Part shown: positions 26,107 through 39,245 of the stretch, piece by piece | Position numbering within the stretch: position 1 is the first letter of the stretch | Layout: the number at the start of each line of letters is the position of its first letter | NCBI RefSeq assembly: GCF_036321535.1 | Contig: NC_087437.1 | Location: 5,332,001-5,396,000, forward strand | Length of the DNA: 64,000 nt | Reading direction: 5' to 3' | From: Camelus dromedarius | Lineage: Eukaryota | Translations under genes and position numbers: made by a program | Notes under the pieces: model-generated | Told to the model about the DNA's origin: nothing | Database searches by the model: none | What the model saw: only the letters and a program-made list of their open reading frames with translations

Positions 26107-26618
26107 TAAAGCAAACGTGGTGCGTGTGCACAATGCGACATTATTCATCCACTAGAAAGAAGCAAATCCTGTCATTTGCAACAACGTGGATGGACCCAGA
26201 GGGCATTACGCTCAGTGAAAGATGTCAGAGAAAGGCAAAGACTACAGATTACCACTTACAGGTGAACTCTGAAAAAGTTGAACTCACAGAAACAGAGCAG
26301 AATGGTGGTTAACAGAGGCTTGCGGGTGGGAAATGAGGGGCCCCCTGGTCAAAGGGTGTACCCTTCCAGTTCTAAGATGAGTACCTTCCGGGGAGGTCAT
26401 TACACCACGTGGACTGCAGTCAACAACAGTGTCTGTGCTGTATAACTGAAATTTGCTAAGAGAGCAGATGTTAATACTCTCAGCACACACACAAAGAAAT
26501 GGTAATTCTGATGTGGGAATCATTTCAGAATATACAGGTGTATCAAATCATTGTGTCGTACACCTTAAGCTCACACAATGTTCTGTGTTAATTACATCTC
26601 GAAAAAGCTGGGGGAAAA
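26107..26618 (+). mobile_element. Old L1 (L1MA/MB-like) 3' fragment
   Basis: Encodes ILSFATTWMDPEGITLSE followed by an L1M-type 3'UTR. Confidence 0.8.
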
Positions 26619-26647
26619 GAGCTCTGCTACCCCAACAATCACATCCT

Positions 26648-26767
26648 TTTCTTTTAATTCTTTTTTTGTTTGTTTTCTGTGGAAGGGGTAATTATGTTTT
26701 TATTCATGTTTGTTTTTTCTTAACAAAGGCTAAGCATACCCTCTACACTAAGCTATGCCCTCCTCCC
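26648..26767 (-). mobile_element. Internally deleted Vic-1-like SINE
   Basis: ggggtaatta tail and gctaagcataccctctacactaagctatgccctcc head; the B-box segment is missing. Confidence 0.65.
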
Positions 26768-28534
26768 ACCAATTACACCCTTAGCAGCCATCCTCCGTAC
26801 CTACCTTTTCAGTACCTGCGAAGGCTGCTGTAAAGCTAACAGAATGGAGACATGCACTGGGAAGTAATTAATTAGACGGGAAATTTTGGTTTAACCTGTC
26901 TTCTCTTACTGCTTAGGCCAGATTTAAAATAGCAATTAGAATATGTGGGCCATTTCTCCAAACATACGTATCTTGTGTTACTTCTACAGATTACAGCACC
27001 ACCCACAAAACAGTAATCTCTCTTATTTTTCAGTACTGTAAACACTTAAGAAGTCATAAGTGAATCATTTAAAGTTTAGGTTTTCCTCACAATAGATTTT
27101 TTCCATCAGAGTATCAAAAGGCCATGTTTACATTTTAACCTTAAGAAAAGAAAAAAAATTGTAAAGATAATGATCTTTATATCGAACTCCAATTACAGTT
27201 ATTAGTTAAGGGGGAGACAAAAATAGTTGTCAATCAACAAACATCGATTTACTGGCTAAAGAGCACAGGGAACACTAATATGTGTCCAGCAAAACGCACA
27301 AAAAGAGGGCAAATGGCACTGGAATTCAGCATGCCACCATCAAAAACCCTGAATTAATTACACACATTTCTAGATAATTTTAAAGTCGGGTTGACCAGAG
27401 AATCACAAAATATCCAAGATGATTGATGTGCAAAAACTCATTTTACACAAAAGAAAACCAAGAATTTGAGAAAATGATGTGCCCCACCTAAATGACTGCC
27501 CGTGATTAGTTAAGCAGTGGGTTTCCTTTACCGGAACCAGGGGTACATTCTGGAACTGGGCTTTTAAAGTTCCAGACCTCCCCTTGAGGAGGGATGTCGG
27601 TTTCAGTTATTGAGAACTTAGTGTACAGGTGCCCCCCCCCAAGCCATTTCAGCCCTGCTGACTGGTCCTAATGGGATCCAGCTCTCAGAGTGCGAATTCT
27701 CCCAAAGGCAGAAAAGAGGAAAGCACTACAGGGTTCCCATCCTGTCGTACTGGCTCTCAAAACTCTCCGAAAAGATTCCACATCCTCTCAGGCAATAAAA
27801 TTGAAACCTTCCAGTTTTGGGAAAGAACCACCTGCCAGGATAAACTCCATCTCTCAGATGAGACACCCTGCCCTCCACATCTCACGAGGTGAGTCCAAAT
27901 TCCCACTCATCGCCTGTGCTGGGTCCCAGACAAACCCGGCAGACAGGAGGTCTCACCGGGCGGGGACATTGAGCACCTCGGAACAAGGCAGATGGGAAAG
28001 TTCCACCTGGGCTGTAAACCCGTCAGCTACCCCATGTGTTCACTGACAGCGCATAATTAGCACTCACATCATTTCCCGCCCGTAAAATACACAGACTTCT
28101 TGCACGCCACGAATGCCGCTTTGGAAACTTCCCTGGTGAGGACAGCAAATCCCGTATTTGCAAACATGTCTGCCGGGAGAATGGAGTAGAACCAAGTGAC
28201 ATTATAACCCTCCCAAGTCACTTGCCGGGAGGGCTTCCTCCACAAGTTTCAACCACCCTGCACGCTGACAAAAGCTACTGCAAGGGACAGGAAAGAGAAA
28301 ACACGTGAGTGCCCATCCCCTCGGTCTCCACGTCCTCACTTCCAAGAGTGTCTGTTCTTATACAGTCCTGACACGTTTGAAGCCCTGGAAATCCACAGCT
28401 CTCTCTCCTTCCATCAACATTCACTCAGCATCTACTGTAAGCACACGTCTTAGCATGAAAAAAAAAGAGACAGGAAATAATAAACGCAATAATTAAATTA
28501 AAAAGAGTAAAATCTCTGAGGTGAGGAAGAGAGG

Positions 28535-28847
28535 TACACTCACAGACACAGAAAACAAACTTATGGTTACCGGGGGGAAGGCGGTGGGAAGGGATAAATT
28601 GGGAGTTGGAGATTTGCAGATACTAACTACTACGTATAAAACAGATACACAATAAGGACCTCCTGTACAGCACAGGGAACTATATTCAATATCTTGTCAT
28701 AACCTATAATGAAAAAGCATATGGAAACAGATGCATGTTCATATATGACTGAAACGTGATGCTGTGCACCAGAAATTGACGCAACGCTGCAAACTGACTA
28801 TGCTTCAATTAAAAAAAATTTTAAGTAAAAGTAAATTAAAAAAAAAA
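28535..28847 (+). mobile_element. L1 3'UTR fragment
   Basis: actcacagacacagaaaacaaacttatggttacc...agcacagggaactatattcaatatcttg...poly(A). Confidence 0.85.
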
Positions 28848-29821
28848 GAGGAACAGATACAAGTGAAACAGAAGAGAAAAGGCAATCACTAGGATGGGGA
28901 GGGGCAGGGGATAAGGGGCTCTTTTTTAAATGGTGGGCAGGGTGGGCGGGCACAAGGAGGTGATCTTGAGCTGAGATGTCAAGGGAGGGAAGGAGCTGGC
29001 CAAGTGGATACCCTGGGGTTGGGGGAGGGGAGGAAGCCCATAAAAGTGATCTTCCCCGCCAAGCGTTAGGCAATTTTCACAAACTACAACTTGACGACCA
29101 GACTCCTAGGAAGCCGAAAGGGGAAATTCACCGTCCATACATAACCCCATGCTGCGTCTCCTCCTGGATGGATCCTGGATATCCCCTGGGTTTTACCCCC
29201 TAAATGTTATTTCTCAGAAAAGAGGGAGTTACTTCATACATTTACAGACTTCTACCAAGTCTCTCAGGACACAAGGACTCTCTGTCACTGTAAGCGGAAC
29301 AACAAATGTTTACTGGGGAAAGTGCACGCTCATCAAAGCTGGTCTGGGACGTTTACTGAAGTCATCTGATGGGCTTGATTTTTTAAGAGGAAGGAAATAC
29401 ATTCAAAAAAATTTAAAATAATTGCCAGAGCAGGAAACAAAAACTCTGGGAGCTGTAGTAAGCATGCTTCTCAAAGATCACTTTACAAAGCAATGCAAGG
29501 AATTCTACGTGCAAAAGTAAATGAACAAAGTGAACTCTTGGGACATGAATGAACCTCAGTGTATTAAGCAAGAGATGTCATTTATAAAAGATGACACTTA
29601 CATGAAGCCCAAAACCAAGCGAAGCTAATCTTTGGTGTTAGAAACTAGACTGAGGCTACCTTTGGGGGGATGGGGGAGGAGTGATGGGAGTGGCCACAGG
29701 GAGGTCCCTGAGCTGTTCTGTTTCTGGACCTGGGTGCTGGTTACTCAGGAGAGTTCACATTGTGCAAACTCACTGAGCTGTACACTTATGATTTATGTCC
29801 TCTACTGTATTCATGTTATTT

Positions 29822-29929
29822 GGGGTGGGGGCGGTATTTAGGTTTTTTTTTAATGGAGAGACTGGGGATTGAACCCAGGACCTTGGGCATGCTAGACACA
29901 TGCTCTACCACTGAGCTACACTCTCCCCT
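29822..29929 (-). mobile_element. Vic-1-like SINE inserted in an old L1ME-like 3' fragment (about 29500-29960)
   Basis: Exact 14-bp TSD tattcatgttattt at 29808-29821 and 29930-29943. Confidence 0.9.
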
Positions 29930-30567
29930 TATTCATGTTATTTTTAATAAAGAGACTTCTAAAAAGAGCAACACAGAGAAAGTGGTTGCCTTATGGAGAT
30001 TTCTTATTCATATGTGACATGGATAAGAAAAAAATTCTCCTAATGTTAAATGAATGGGCACTTAGGACCTGGGGTAGAGCTTCCATTGATAGCACCATTC
30101 ATGAATATAAAAAGTGCTGAATTCCACACAACGTGGATGAAAGTAAACACCACGAGCTTGAAATCTGTGTCAGATGCTCCCCAAAGACCCTCTGGTGATG
30201 ACAGAGACACCAACAGCAAAGACGCATAAAAGCGTAGGAATAAAAATTGTTTCCTGACATGTAAACACAGGGCGGGAAAAGCACTGTTTCCAAATTTACG
30301 TATTTTTATAGAATTTAAAATATGCATGAAGAACTAAATCAATAATTAATATTCCAAAAGGAAATTTAATTATTTCAAATACATTCCTAAAGGTTATAGA
30401 GTAAAGTTGGCCCCAATCTATTTTGCGGATCTTTTCATGGGGAAAGTTTTCTTTGGTTTTCTAATATATGCTCCTTCTCTTTGTGGCTGACAAGACTCAT
30501 AATCACAAACATTTTGTGTCGACTCAGAAAACACAGGGAACTGTTAAGTAAGTGAGTCCTACAGAAC

Positions 30568-31186
30568 TACGTTGTCCAAGACAGTAGCCAACAGCCACAT
30601 GTGGCTTTGCACAAGTGCGACTGCACAAAGTGGCTGAATTCTTAATTTTATCGCATTATAATTAATTTAAATTCAAGTTAAAGACTGAAGCTGCAGAAAA
30701 TATTTTTTCTGTTAAACACAACTCAATTTTTTTAAAGATATTTTCCTTTTGTTTTATTTATTTGTTTGTTTGGTTTGGGGGGAGGTGATTAGGTTTACTT
30801 AGTTATTTATTTTAACAGAGGGACTGAGGCTCGAACCCAGGACCTCATGCATGCTGAGCATGCGCTCTACTGCTGAGCTCTACCCTCCCCACTCACAACT
30901 CGAATTTGTAGGACATTTCACTGTATTGAAAATTTAGCATCCAACTTGAGATGTGATACAGGTGTAAATTACACACCACACTTTGAAGATTTATTAGTTT
31001 GTTTAAAAAAAAAAAAGAACAAAATAATCTCATCACACGCTGAACACAGAGCATTTTGGATATATTGAGTTCAACAGAATATATTACTAAAATTAATTTC
31101 GCCTTTGTTTTTACTTTTTTAACAGGGCTACTAGAAAATTTTACACGACACAGGTGGCTCAAATGGTATTTTATTGGACAGCACAG
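30568..31186. mobile_element. Charlie1/MER33-like hAT fossil interrupted by a SINE
   Basis: Ends gttgtccaa...agccacatgtggct and ggctactagaaaatttt...tattggacagcacag. Confidence 0.7.
30735..30890 (-). mobile_element. Vic-1-like SINE
   Basis: Reverse-complement head and ggaggtgattaggttt tail; flanking cacaactc(g)aattt repeat. Confidence 0.88.
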
Positions 31187-33828
31187 TTAAGGAATAAAAT
31201 GTCACTTTTGATTAGTGACAGTAGGGGAGAGATTAACAAAAATGGAAAAAACAATATATTTGAAGATCTGATTAACAACTGTGGTAGAAGTCGTCCAGGG
31301 CTGGGGCTGGGGCTGGGCGAAGAAAGTCAAAGGGGAAAAAAATCCAAGAAGCCAGTATTTCTATTAAGAGATGGAGATCAGATAAGCTGGGGCGGACCCA
31401 GACAGCAGAGCACTCTCTACAATTCCACAGCTGTCAACAAACCCAAGGACCCAGTTTTTGCTGACGATGTGTTAGCAGACTGCTATGTCTGTTATTAAAG
31501 AAGCAAAGAGAACGACAGAGGTGCCAAGCACATGTCTCTCTGGGGCAAGAATCTGGGCAGAAAGAACCAAGGAAATACAATCAAGGACTCAACTGCTGCG
31601 GGCTTATGGCAGTTCTGTGCGGTTGGAGACAGTGAGTATCAGGAACTCAGTATAAAAAGAGAGGAGGCTGCTCCCACCACCTTCTGACTATCTGTGATTG
31701 TCCAGCATCCATAAGTGGTCCATGAGTTCCTTGCTGATTTGGTGCATTTTCCCCAGTATGCTTCATGATATAATATAATAGGTATTTGAGGAGGAGGAGG
31801 AGCAAGGGGAAAGTTATTAAATGACCTTTGAGAAATGCTGAGTTAAGAAATGCTGAGAGAAGCGAAGTCAGCAGGTTTCTTGCTGCAGACGTTGTCAGTG
31901 CCTTGACTCCTCCAAGGATCATCATGACCCTCAAGGGGGCTTATACCACGCATGTTTTCCAAACATTCTGGACTGCAGAACCTCTTTTTCTGAGGAACAT
32001 CACAGGAAGTGATGGCTCAGAAGGCCCTCTTGGCTTCACCTTGGCCTTAAAGGAAGACGACTGTCTGCTGTAAGCACAGTTCGGAGGCAGAAGGTGGTGG
32101 TTATCTCAGCACGTCCATTGCAGACCCCCACTAGGGCCTACATGAGTAGCTATGGGAACAAAGTACATCTCAGATGTCTCATGGCCACAGCAGTGTCCTG
32201 GAGAAGCAGACATCTGTCCCTCACCTACAGGAGCTCCTGAGCTGGCCTCGCGCCCACCCAAACACCTGGCCTCAGGTGAAGTTACATGAGCCCTGGAACC
32301 TCCAACCTCCCACCAAGTGGGGATGGGGGAGAGATTAGCCTTTCCAAGATGCCAAAAGCAACCCAGGAGGGCAGGAAGGTACCCTAAGACAGTGTTACGT
32401 CCAGGCCTAATTTCTGTCTGGAACAAAGCGTTCTTGGGCAGACACCTGCCACCTCCCTCCGGTGTATGTTCGGTGTCCTCTCCAGTCTTCTGTCTGCTCC
32501 ACCAGGCCCTAGAATAGTTTCTGACTCCTTGGATTTGGGGCGATTTCTCTGTAGAGACTACAGAGGAATGCAGGCCTGGTGGCCACAGGCTGCCCCCAGA
32601 GGCCACAACAAGCTGCCCTGTTTTGTGCACATCTAAATGCCATTTTAAGAAATTCCAAGTTGATTTTTAACTCCTGATGTCTTCATTGTTGCCGCGGTGT
32701 TTCCATCATCCTTGACAAAAGCATCACACCTTCATGGACTGGGGGCAAAACCAAACGAATAAACCAGCCAACACCAATTCTTCAGCAGAGATAACCTAAG
32801 AAACGCTAGCCTAGATCTTGAAGATTTTAAACTGATCTAGCTGCTTACATTGAGAAACCAAGAGCCTTCCCAATAAGAAAATGAAAAACACAATCAACTT
32901 CTCTCAAACGAAGCAAACCAGCCAGCCAACCAAACAGAAAATCCTGAGACGCTGGGTCTGTATTTCCCACTGGGCAGCGATGAGTCGAGGCTGAGCGGTC
33001 ACTGCCCTCTGGAGACGGGCATGTGCCCCCAAGATGAGCCCCGGAACCACGTCCTCACCACCTCACCTGCACCTCAGACAACCACATCTCCACTCCTAGC
33101 CGCCTCCTGAGTTCCAGCCCAGCCACACCTGCCTTCTGGAATGTTCACTCGAGTGTCCCACCAGCCTCTCAGTCCTCACAGGCCCATGACCAACCCCATT
33201 ACTCTTGCCCCCAAATGTCTCTTCAGACTGTGTGCCCCTCCTCCTCACAAATGACCCCACATGCCACTCCAGTCCCTGGGGTGTCATGTGGGAAGGACAC
33301 CGGTGAGCAGGACACTCTGCCTCTTCTCTGCCCAGTCCCACCCCCAGCCCCCTTCTGTCCACACCAAAGGGCACCTTCATTCCTAGAACAACACCCCCTT
33401 TGGCCTTAGCTCCTCCCCGACCCCTACCAGACTAGCCTCTTAAAAATGCCATGATTCTGTTGGTTTGAGAGTAGGTTGGGGGGTGCAGCGAGGAAGAGGA
33501 TGCCTTTTTAATGTCATTCTCCTTGTCCCCGCAATCGGCATCTTACACGAATTAAAGTCAGACTCTGCACTGCGTGTGTAGAAATGAAGCCCCGAGTACT
33601 CAGCCATCAGCCAGAGAGTCAGTGCTGCATCTCGTCTATACCACAGGTGGCGTGTCATAATCCTGGAGATTTGGGATATTCTGCTTCATTACAAGGAGAC
33701 ATCGAGATTTAAAATATCCATCAGGTTCCTTTCCTTAGGACAAGACGTGAACAGCATCATTTAATTTTCTGAAGGGCAATGCATGGAGTTAAATCCAGCA
33801 CTGAGTTTCTGACCCTGAGTTGTCCCCC

Positions 33829-34307
33829 TGAGACAGGAGGGAAGAGGGCAGGGCATAACCATTGAAAGAATGACACAGCCATTGAGGACAGGACATAAAC
33901 TGGTTAGAACCAACCAGGCCCAAGATGGCGGAAGATTCAACTTCCAGGGGACTTTGAGCCTCATTATAGACTCGTTGTAATGTATTAACTGCTAAATGAC
34001 ACACCCACAGGTGACAGGACAGTTCCCAGGCTGACTGCAAAAAGCCAAAAAGTGGGCAGGGGTCCAATTCCTGGGAATCCCCGCCCATTGCCAACGTAAT
34101 TGGAAAAATCCTCCCATGTGCTAGCACATGAAATTACCCAGCCCAGAAAAACTAACCACCTCCACGCCTCATGGCCACTCTCTCTTCTGAGATGGGCCAC
34201 ATCTGCCTGTGGAATGTGTGTCTCTCTAAACAAACCTGCTTTTACTTTCCCGTGGCTTGCACTTGGATGCTTTCCTGCACGAGACAAGAACCTGTTCTCT
34301 GGCAACA
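33829..34307 (+). mobile_element. MER41-like ERV1 solo LTR, 479 bp, full length
   Basis: TG...CA termini with cccc(c) on both flanks. Colinear with recalled MER41 motifs: ccaagatggcg, ctcattata, gacacacccac, ttcc.gggaat.cccgccc, ttcctgcacgagacaagaacc and terminal ggcaaca. Confidence 0.8.
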
Positions 34308-34857
34308 CCCCCGCAGGGCAGGGTCGGCCTTGCCTCCCCTCAGAGTCCTCATCTTAAAGGCTCCATGGTCCAGTGTAAAACAAACCTAGTTCTCAGTAGA
34401 TCATGCAGGCCTACCAGAAAAGGAGTGACTCTGAGACAGACAGCCCAGAGCAGAGGGCCTGAGGGCGAGGCCCGGAAGTCTCCTGGGACAGCGGCCAGGA
34501 GTGTGGCTTTCTCCCCTGGGCAGCCAGGCCTGGAGCCCCAGCCTCCAGAGGGGAGGCCTTTCAGTTGCTCCAAAATCTGTTCCCATGTACCAGACGCAGT
34601 GACCCTCACATCCAACCCCACCTTCTGGCTCAGGCGGCACCCCCTTCATCCCTGAGGGCTCTGCAGAAGAGGCAGCAGGGCCCCAAGGTCCAGAATGGGC
34701 CTCCAAGTCCAATAGGCTGTGTTCCAATCCCAGGACCCCCTTTCCCAATGTAACGCTGGGCAAACTGCGTAGTTCTCTGTGCCTCAGTTTCTCCCCCTGT
34801 AAAACGGGGATAAGTGTTCAGAAGGGGGAGATGGGGCTTAAGAGTAGAGTGCTTGTA

Positions 34858-35414
34858 CATGGAAAAAACCTAAATGTCCATCAACAGATGACTGGATAAA
34901 GATATATATATATACACAATGGAATACTACTCAGCCATAGAAAAGAATGAAATAATGTCACTTGCAGTAATATGGAAAAACCTAGAGATGATCACACTAA
35001 GCGAAGTTAAGACACAGAAAGACAAGTATCTTATGGTATCACTTATATGTGGAATCTAAAAAAAGACACAAATGAACTTATTTACAAAACAGAAAGAGAC
35101 TCACAGACATAGACAACAAACTGTCGTTACCAAAGGGGAAAGGGGTTGAGGAGGAGGGATAAATTAGGAGTTTGGGATTTGTGGATACACATGACTATGT
35201 ATAAAACAGATAAACAACGAAGACCTACTGTACAGCACAGGGAATTATATTCAATATCTTATAATGGCCTATAATGGAAAAGAATATGAAAAGAATACAC
35301 ATATATGTATGTAAGTATAACTGAATCACTGTACTGTACACCAGAAACTAACACAACATTGTGAATCAACTCTACTTTAAAAAAAAATTAATAAATAAAA
35401 AGAAATTAAAAAGA
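34858..35414 (+). mobile_element. L1 3' fragment inserted into a MIR (MIR halves about 34750-34857 and 35415-35465)
   Basis: L1 ORF2 end plus 3'UTR and poly(A). 18-bp TSD aagagtagagtgcttgta / aagagtatagttcttgta at 34840-34857 and 35415-35432. Confidence 0.9.
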
Positions 35415-37795
35415 AAGAGTATAGTTCTTGTAAAGCCCTTTAGCACAGGGTGTACTTGGCATGTAGGGGGATTCCCTCTGTGGAGTAAAATCACATTTAA
35501 AATTCAATGCATAAATGCATAAATATGAGCCAGCAGCACATAATACAGAGAGAGACCAACTAATTTTCTTTTTTCCTCTTCTGTATTCCTGCCCCCGGGG
35601 CCTGAGGCCCAGGCCATTTCCTGCATCTTTATAGTAAACCCCTTGACTCACCTGAGCTGCCCTGAGTAGGGCTCCCTTTCCTGCAACAAACAGCCCCGCC
35701 CAGAACAGCTTCCCCTCCCTCCATGCAGCTCACACTCCAGCCAATCTGGACATGGCTCCTTCTCAGCCTTGAGCCTTCCATCCACACTCCCATCCACACC
35801 AGGAACCGCACTGTCCACCAGGCCCTCCGCCCTGACAAGTGCCCATCACTCACTGTTTCGGGCCCTCATTCTACACCACCCGTCTCCAGGGGTGGCCCCA
35901 GAACCTTCCTGCCCCTCCCCAGTCCCAGGCCGCCCACTGGAGGCCCCTCCCCTTGGAAGGATGGGCCAGGCCCCATCATTCAGCAATCCCAGCCCCTGGC
36001 AAAGTCTCCGTCCTCTCTGAGCTGCTTCCCAGGGTCTAGAAGGGTGACAACATTGCCAGTGTGGCCTCTTAAATGGAAACACGTGAAGCACAAACCAGAC
36101 AGCGTGTGCAATGGCTCTGCAAACTTTAAAGTGTTTTCCAAACATGCAGACGCTCTCCCAAGAAGCTCCAAAGAACGTAAAGTCATTTGAAGACGAACAT
36201 GCAGGCTCCTTATTAGACAGAGATCACCCCGTCTTCTTAGCCATCCTCTGGGAACTCTGGGGAACAGGAATTTCCAAGGGGGTCCCACAAATCCCCCAGC
36301 CACGCAAGACAGGCCCTGGGAGTACCTGGCGGGCCCAGTCTTTGTCCCAGAGAAACAGAGGCAGCACCGAAGCTCTTCTGCAGCCTTGCAACTCCATCTC
36401 TCGAGCATTTGGTTTGGAAAACCTTCTCTCCAAGTCTGCCCATAAATTTGCATTTCAAATATTCTGTAGTCCATAATAAATAATTTACATAAAGGGCTGG
36501 TTGGATGGAGCACAGCAGGCTACAAAAGGAAGAAACACAGAGCAGCAGCCCAGATTTAACTTGCTCAGCCCCAGTGCTCAGAGAATCCTGAGGCCACACA
36601 GAAAGGAAGAGAGTCAGCTTCACTCGGCTCCCTCCACCCTCTGTGCGAAATAGTGCTGGGGAGGGGCTGGCGAACTGCGGCATCTTCAGCTAATTTCACA
36701 TGACACAGATGCAAACGACTTTGTGTTTCCTAATCGCGGGAAATAATCACATCTCCTTTCCCTGCTTCTGTCCATGTCCTCCATCCAAAGGTTCCGCAAA
36801 CTTGAAACATTTGATGGCAAAATAATACTGGGCTATTGTTCTTAAGGGAAAAAAAAATCTAATCACTTTGAGTTCAATTCTACGGTGCGAAGAAGACCGT
36901 GAGCTTAGCCTGCGTGAAGGCACAATGACAAAATGAGTTAATTACCAGCTCATCGCAAGACGGATCTACTTGTCAGGGGAACAGGAGGCGTTCTCTCACA
37001 CAAAGTGATGACCCAGATAAAAAGTCATGGCTGGAGGCAGCAGCCGCCGGTGACACAGTTTCATCTGGGCCTAAGTGACCGGCAATTAACAAGTGTCACC
37101 ACCACACATATACACGTAGCCCCAGCTATTCATTAAATATTTACTGAAAATACACAACTAATTTCTACTGTCTTTCTTCCCAAGGAGCTCCTGTGGTTTT
37201 CTACCCAGGCGATGACAGTAAAATTTACACACGTGTAAAAGTCTACCCCCAGCTGGAACAGCTGTTGACCCTGGACGGGCCGCCAGTCCCCAACGCTCTG
37301 TGCACCAGAGGCGGTGTTTTCTCCAGACATCACATCTGACAACGGAAAAGAGTTGCAGACGGAAGGGGTCCCAGTCCTATCGGTTGGTCCCTCGTCTCCT
37401 GGTTGGCGTGGCCACTGGCTTAGAACTGAAGCCCCCACCAGCATTAAAGCCAGAACTCTGGCTCCTCCCAGGTCCAGCCCTCGGCCACAGACTGACAGGA
37501 CAGGGACAAATGGGGAGACCGCCTCCACACACCTAGGTTCTCCAGGGTGGGGAGCTCCCTCCCGCTCTGCTGCCCATGACCATGACCTGCATCTCTATGG
37601 AGAGAAGCCCAGGTGAGAGGCTCCGGGACACGCGCCCGGAGGCAGACCCTGGGTCAGAGACGTCAGTGCTGCCCTGGTGTGCACGCTGTCTTGTCTGCCT
37701 TTTTTTTATCTGAAAACCAGGGGCACAGGCCAGGCTGGCACCCTGGGCCTTAAAGTGGATAATTTTCAGAATGTTCAAAACAGAATTCTTATACA

Positions 37796-37929
37796 GCGGA
37801 GAAGGTGTAGCTCAGTGGTGGAGCGTGGGCTTAGCATGCGTGAGGTCCTGGGTTCAGTCCCATATCTCCATTAAATAAATAAATAAATAAAGCCTAATTA
37901 CCTCCCCCAAAAAAAGTTAAAGAAAAAAA
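37796..37929 (+). mobile_element. Vic-1-like SINE
   Basis: gtgtagctcagtggtggagcgtgggcttagcatgcgtgaggtcctgggttca head. TSD aaaacagaattct at 37777-37789 and 37930-37942. Confidence 0.9.
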
Positions 37930-38964
37930 AAAACAGAATTCTGATAAAAACATAGAATGAGGCAGGTGTCAATGACTAATTTAACTAATTATTGAACAAC
38001 CCATGAGATACTGATGTGCATACACACACACACACACACACAGAGTCAGTGCGGGGGAAAGAACAGTGGAATAAAAGTAGAAGTTAATACAACACTGGCC
38101 ACTGGCCTTCAGAGCACACAGACCGTAACTCTGAGGTTACGTCCGCTGTTGGATGGACACCCACCTGCACCTTTAGGCACTGGACACACGCAGCAGCTGA
38201 GTGTCCACTTAACAGGCTGCTTACAACCCGATCTGGGCACAAGGCCATGGGTCAGTCTCACAATGATCTGGTTTGGTTAAGACAAAAACATCAAATCCCA
38301 TTTTTTTTTTTTCAAGCGCCTGTTTGCTGTATGGCCAGAGCCTCATGCCCTCAACTTGCCAACTCACCCCTCAACTATTCCAAGCCTCTGAATCTTCATG
38401 ACAAAACCATTTCTAAAACAAATATTCCCCAGTGCTCAGATCATGGGGGTAAACCCCACCTCTAGAAAGTCCCTACTCAAGTTCATGGGAACATTTTATT
38501 GGCAGCAATCCAAAGAAGATGGCCCTATTTCTACCAACATCTCCCCGAGTTACAGAAACACCCGTCTCCGGTTTACACACGTATGAACAGAAACTGCTTC
38601 CCCACCTTTACTTAAGTAACGATCTGAATTCTACCGGAGAAGAAAGTCTCCCTCGTCCTAGGAAAACCACCCAAAATTTTCACCAAAGAGGCCATCTGAT
38701 CCTGGTCGACAGGTCTGGGCCCCCACCAGACCTGAGTGGTTATTCCCGGGGCGTGGAGAGTCTGAACACTCCACAGATGCTGAGGGGAGAGAAGCAGGGG
38801 GTGAATCTCCCCCCACCCCTCCAAAAAATAAATCACTGGCTGTTTCAAGGGGCCACCCAATGCTTCCACTCTTGTGCAAAGCTTCTCTCCACGTTTCACA
38901 GCTGAGTCCTGGCCTTTTCTCCCACCTCTCACGTTGCCTTTCTTGCCAAAGCTGCTCTGATCTT

Positions 38965-39245
38965 CTTTTCATTTTGTTTTGTTGACATATAGTCGATCTA
39001 CAATGCTGTGTTACTTCCTGGTGCACAGTGTAGTGATTCGGTTGTACATGTATGTATACATATATATTTTTTTCCAGTTCTTTTCCATTATAGGTTACTA
39101 TAAGCTATTGAATAGAGTTCCCTGTGCTGTACAGTAGGACCTTGTTGTTTATCTGTTTTATAGATAGTAGTGTGTATCTGCAAATCTCAAACTCTCAATT
39201 TATCGCCTCGGTAACCATAAGTGTGTGCTCCATGTCTGTGAATCT
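38965..39245 (-). mobile_element. L1 3'UTR fragment
   Basis: gttccctgtgctgtacagtaggaccttgttgtttatctg...ggtaaccataag. Confidence 0.85.

Noticed and set aside
34822..34862. Apparent SINE-head/L1 chimera
   Set aside because: The segment is MIR-derived target sequence: 34840-34857 recurs as the TSD after the L1 poly(A) at 35415-35432.
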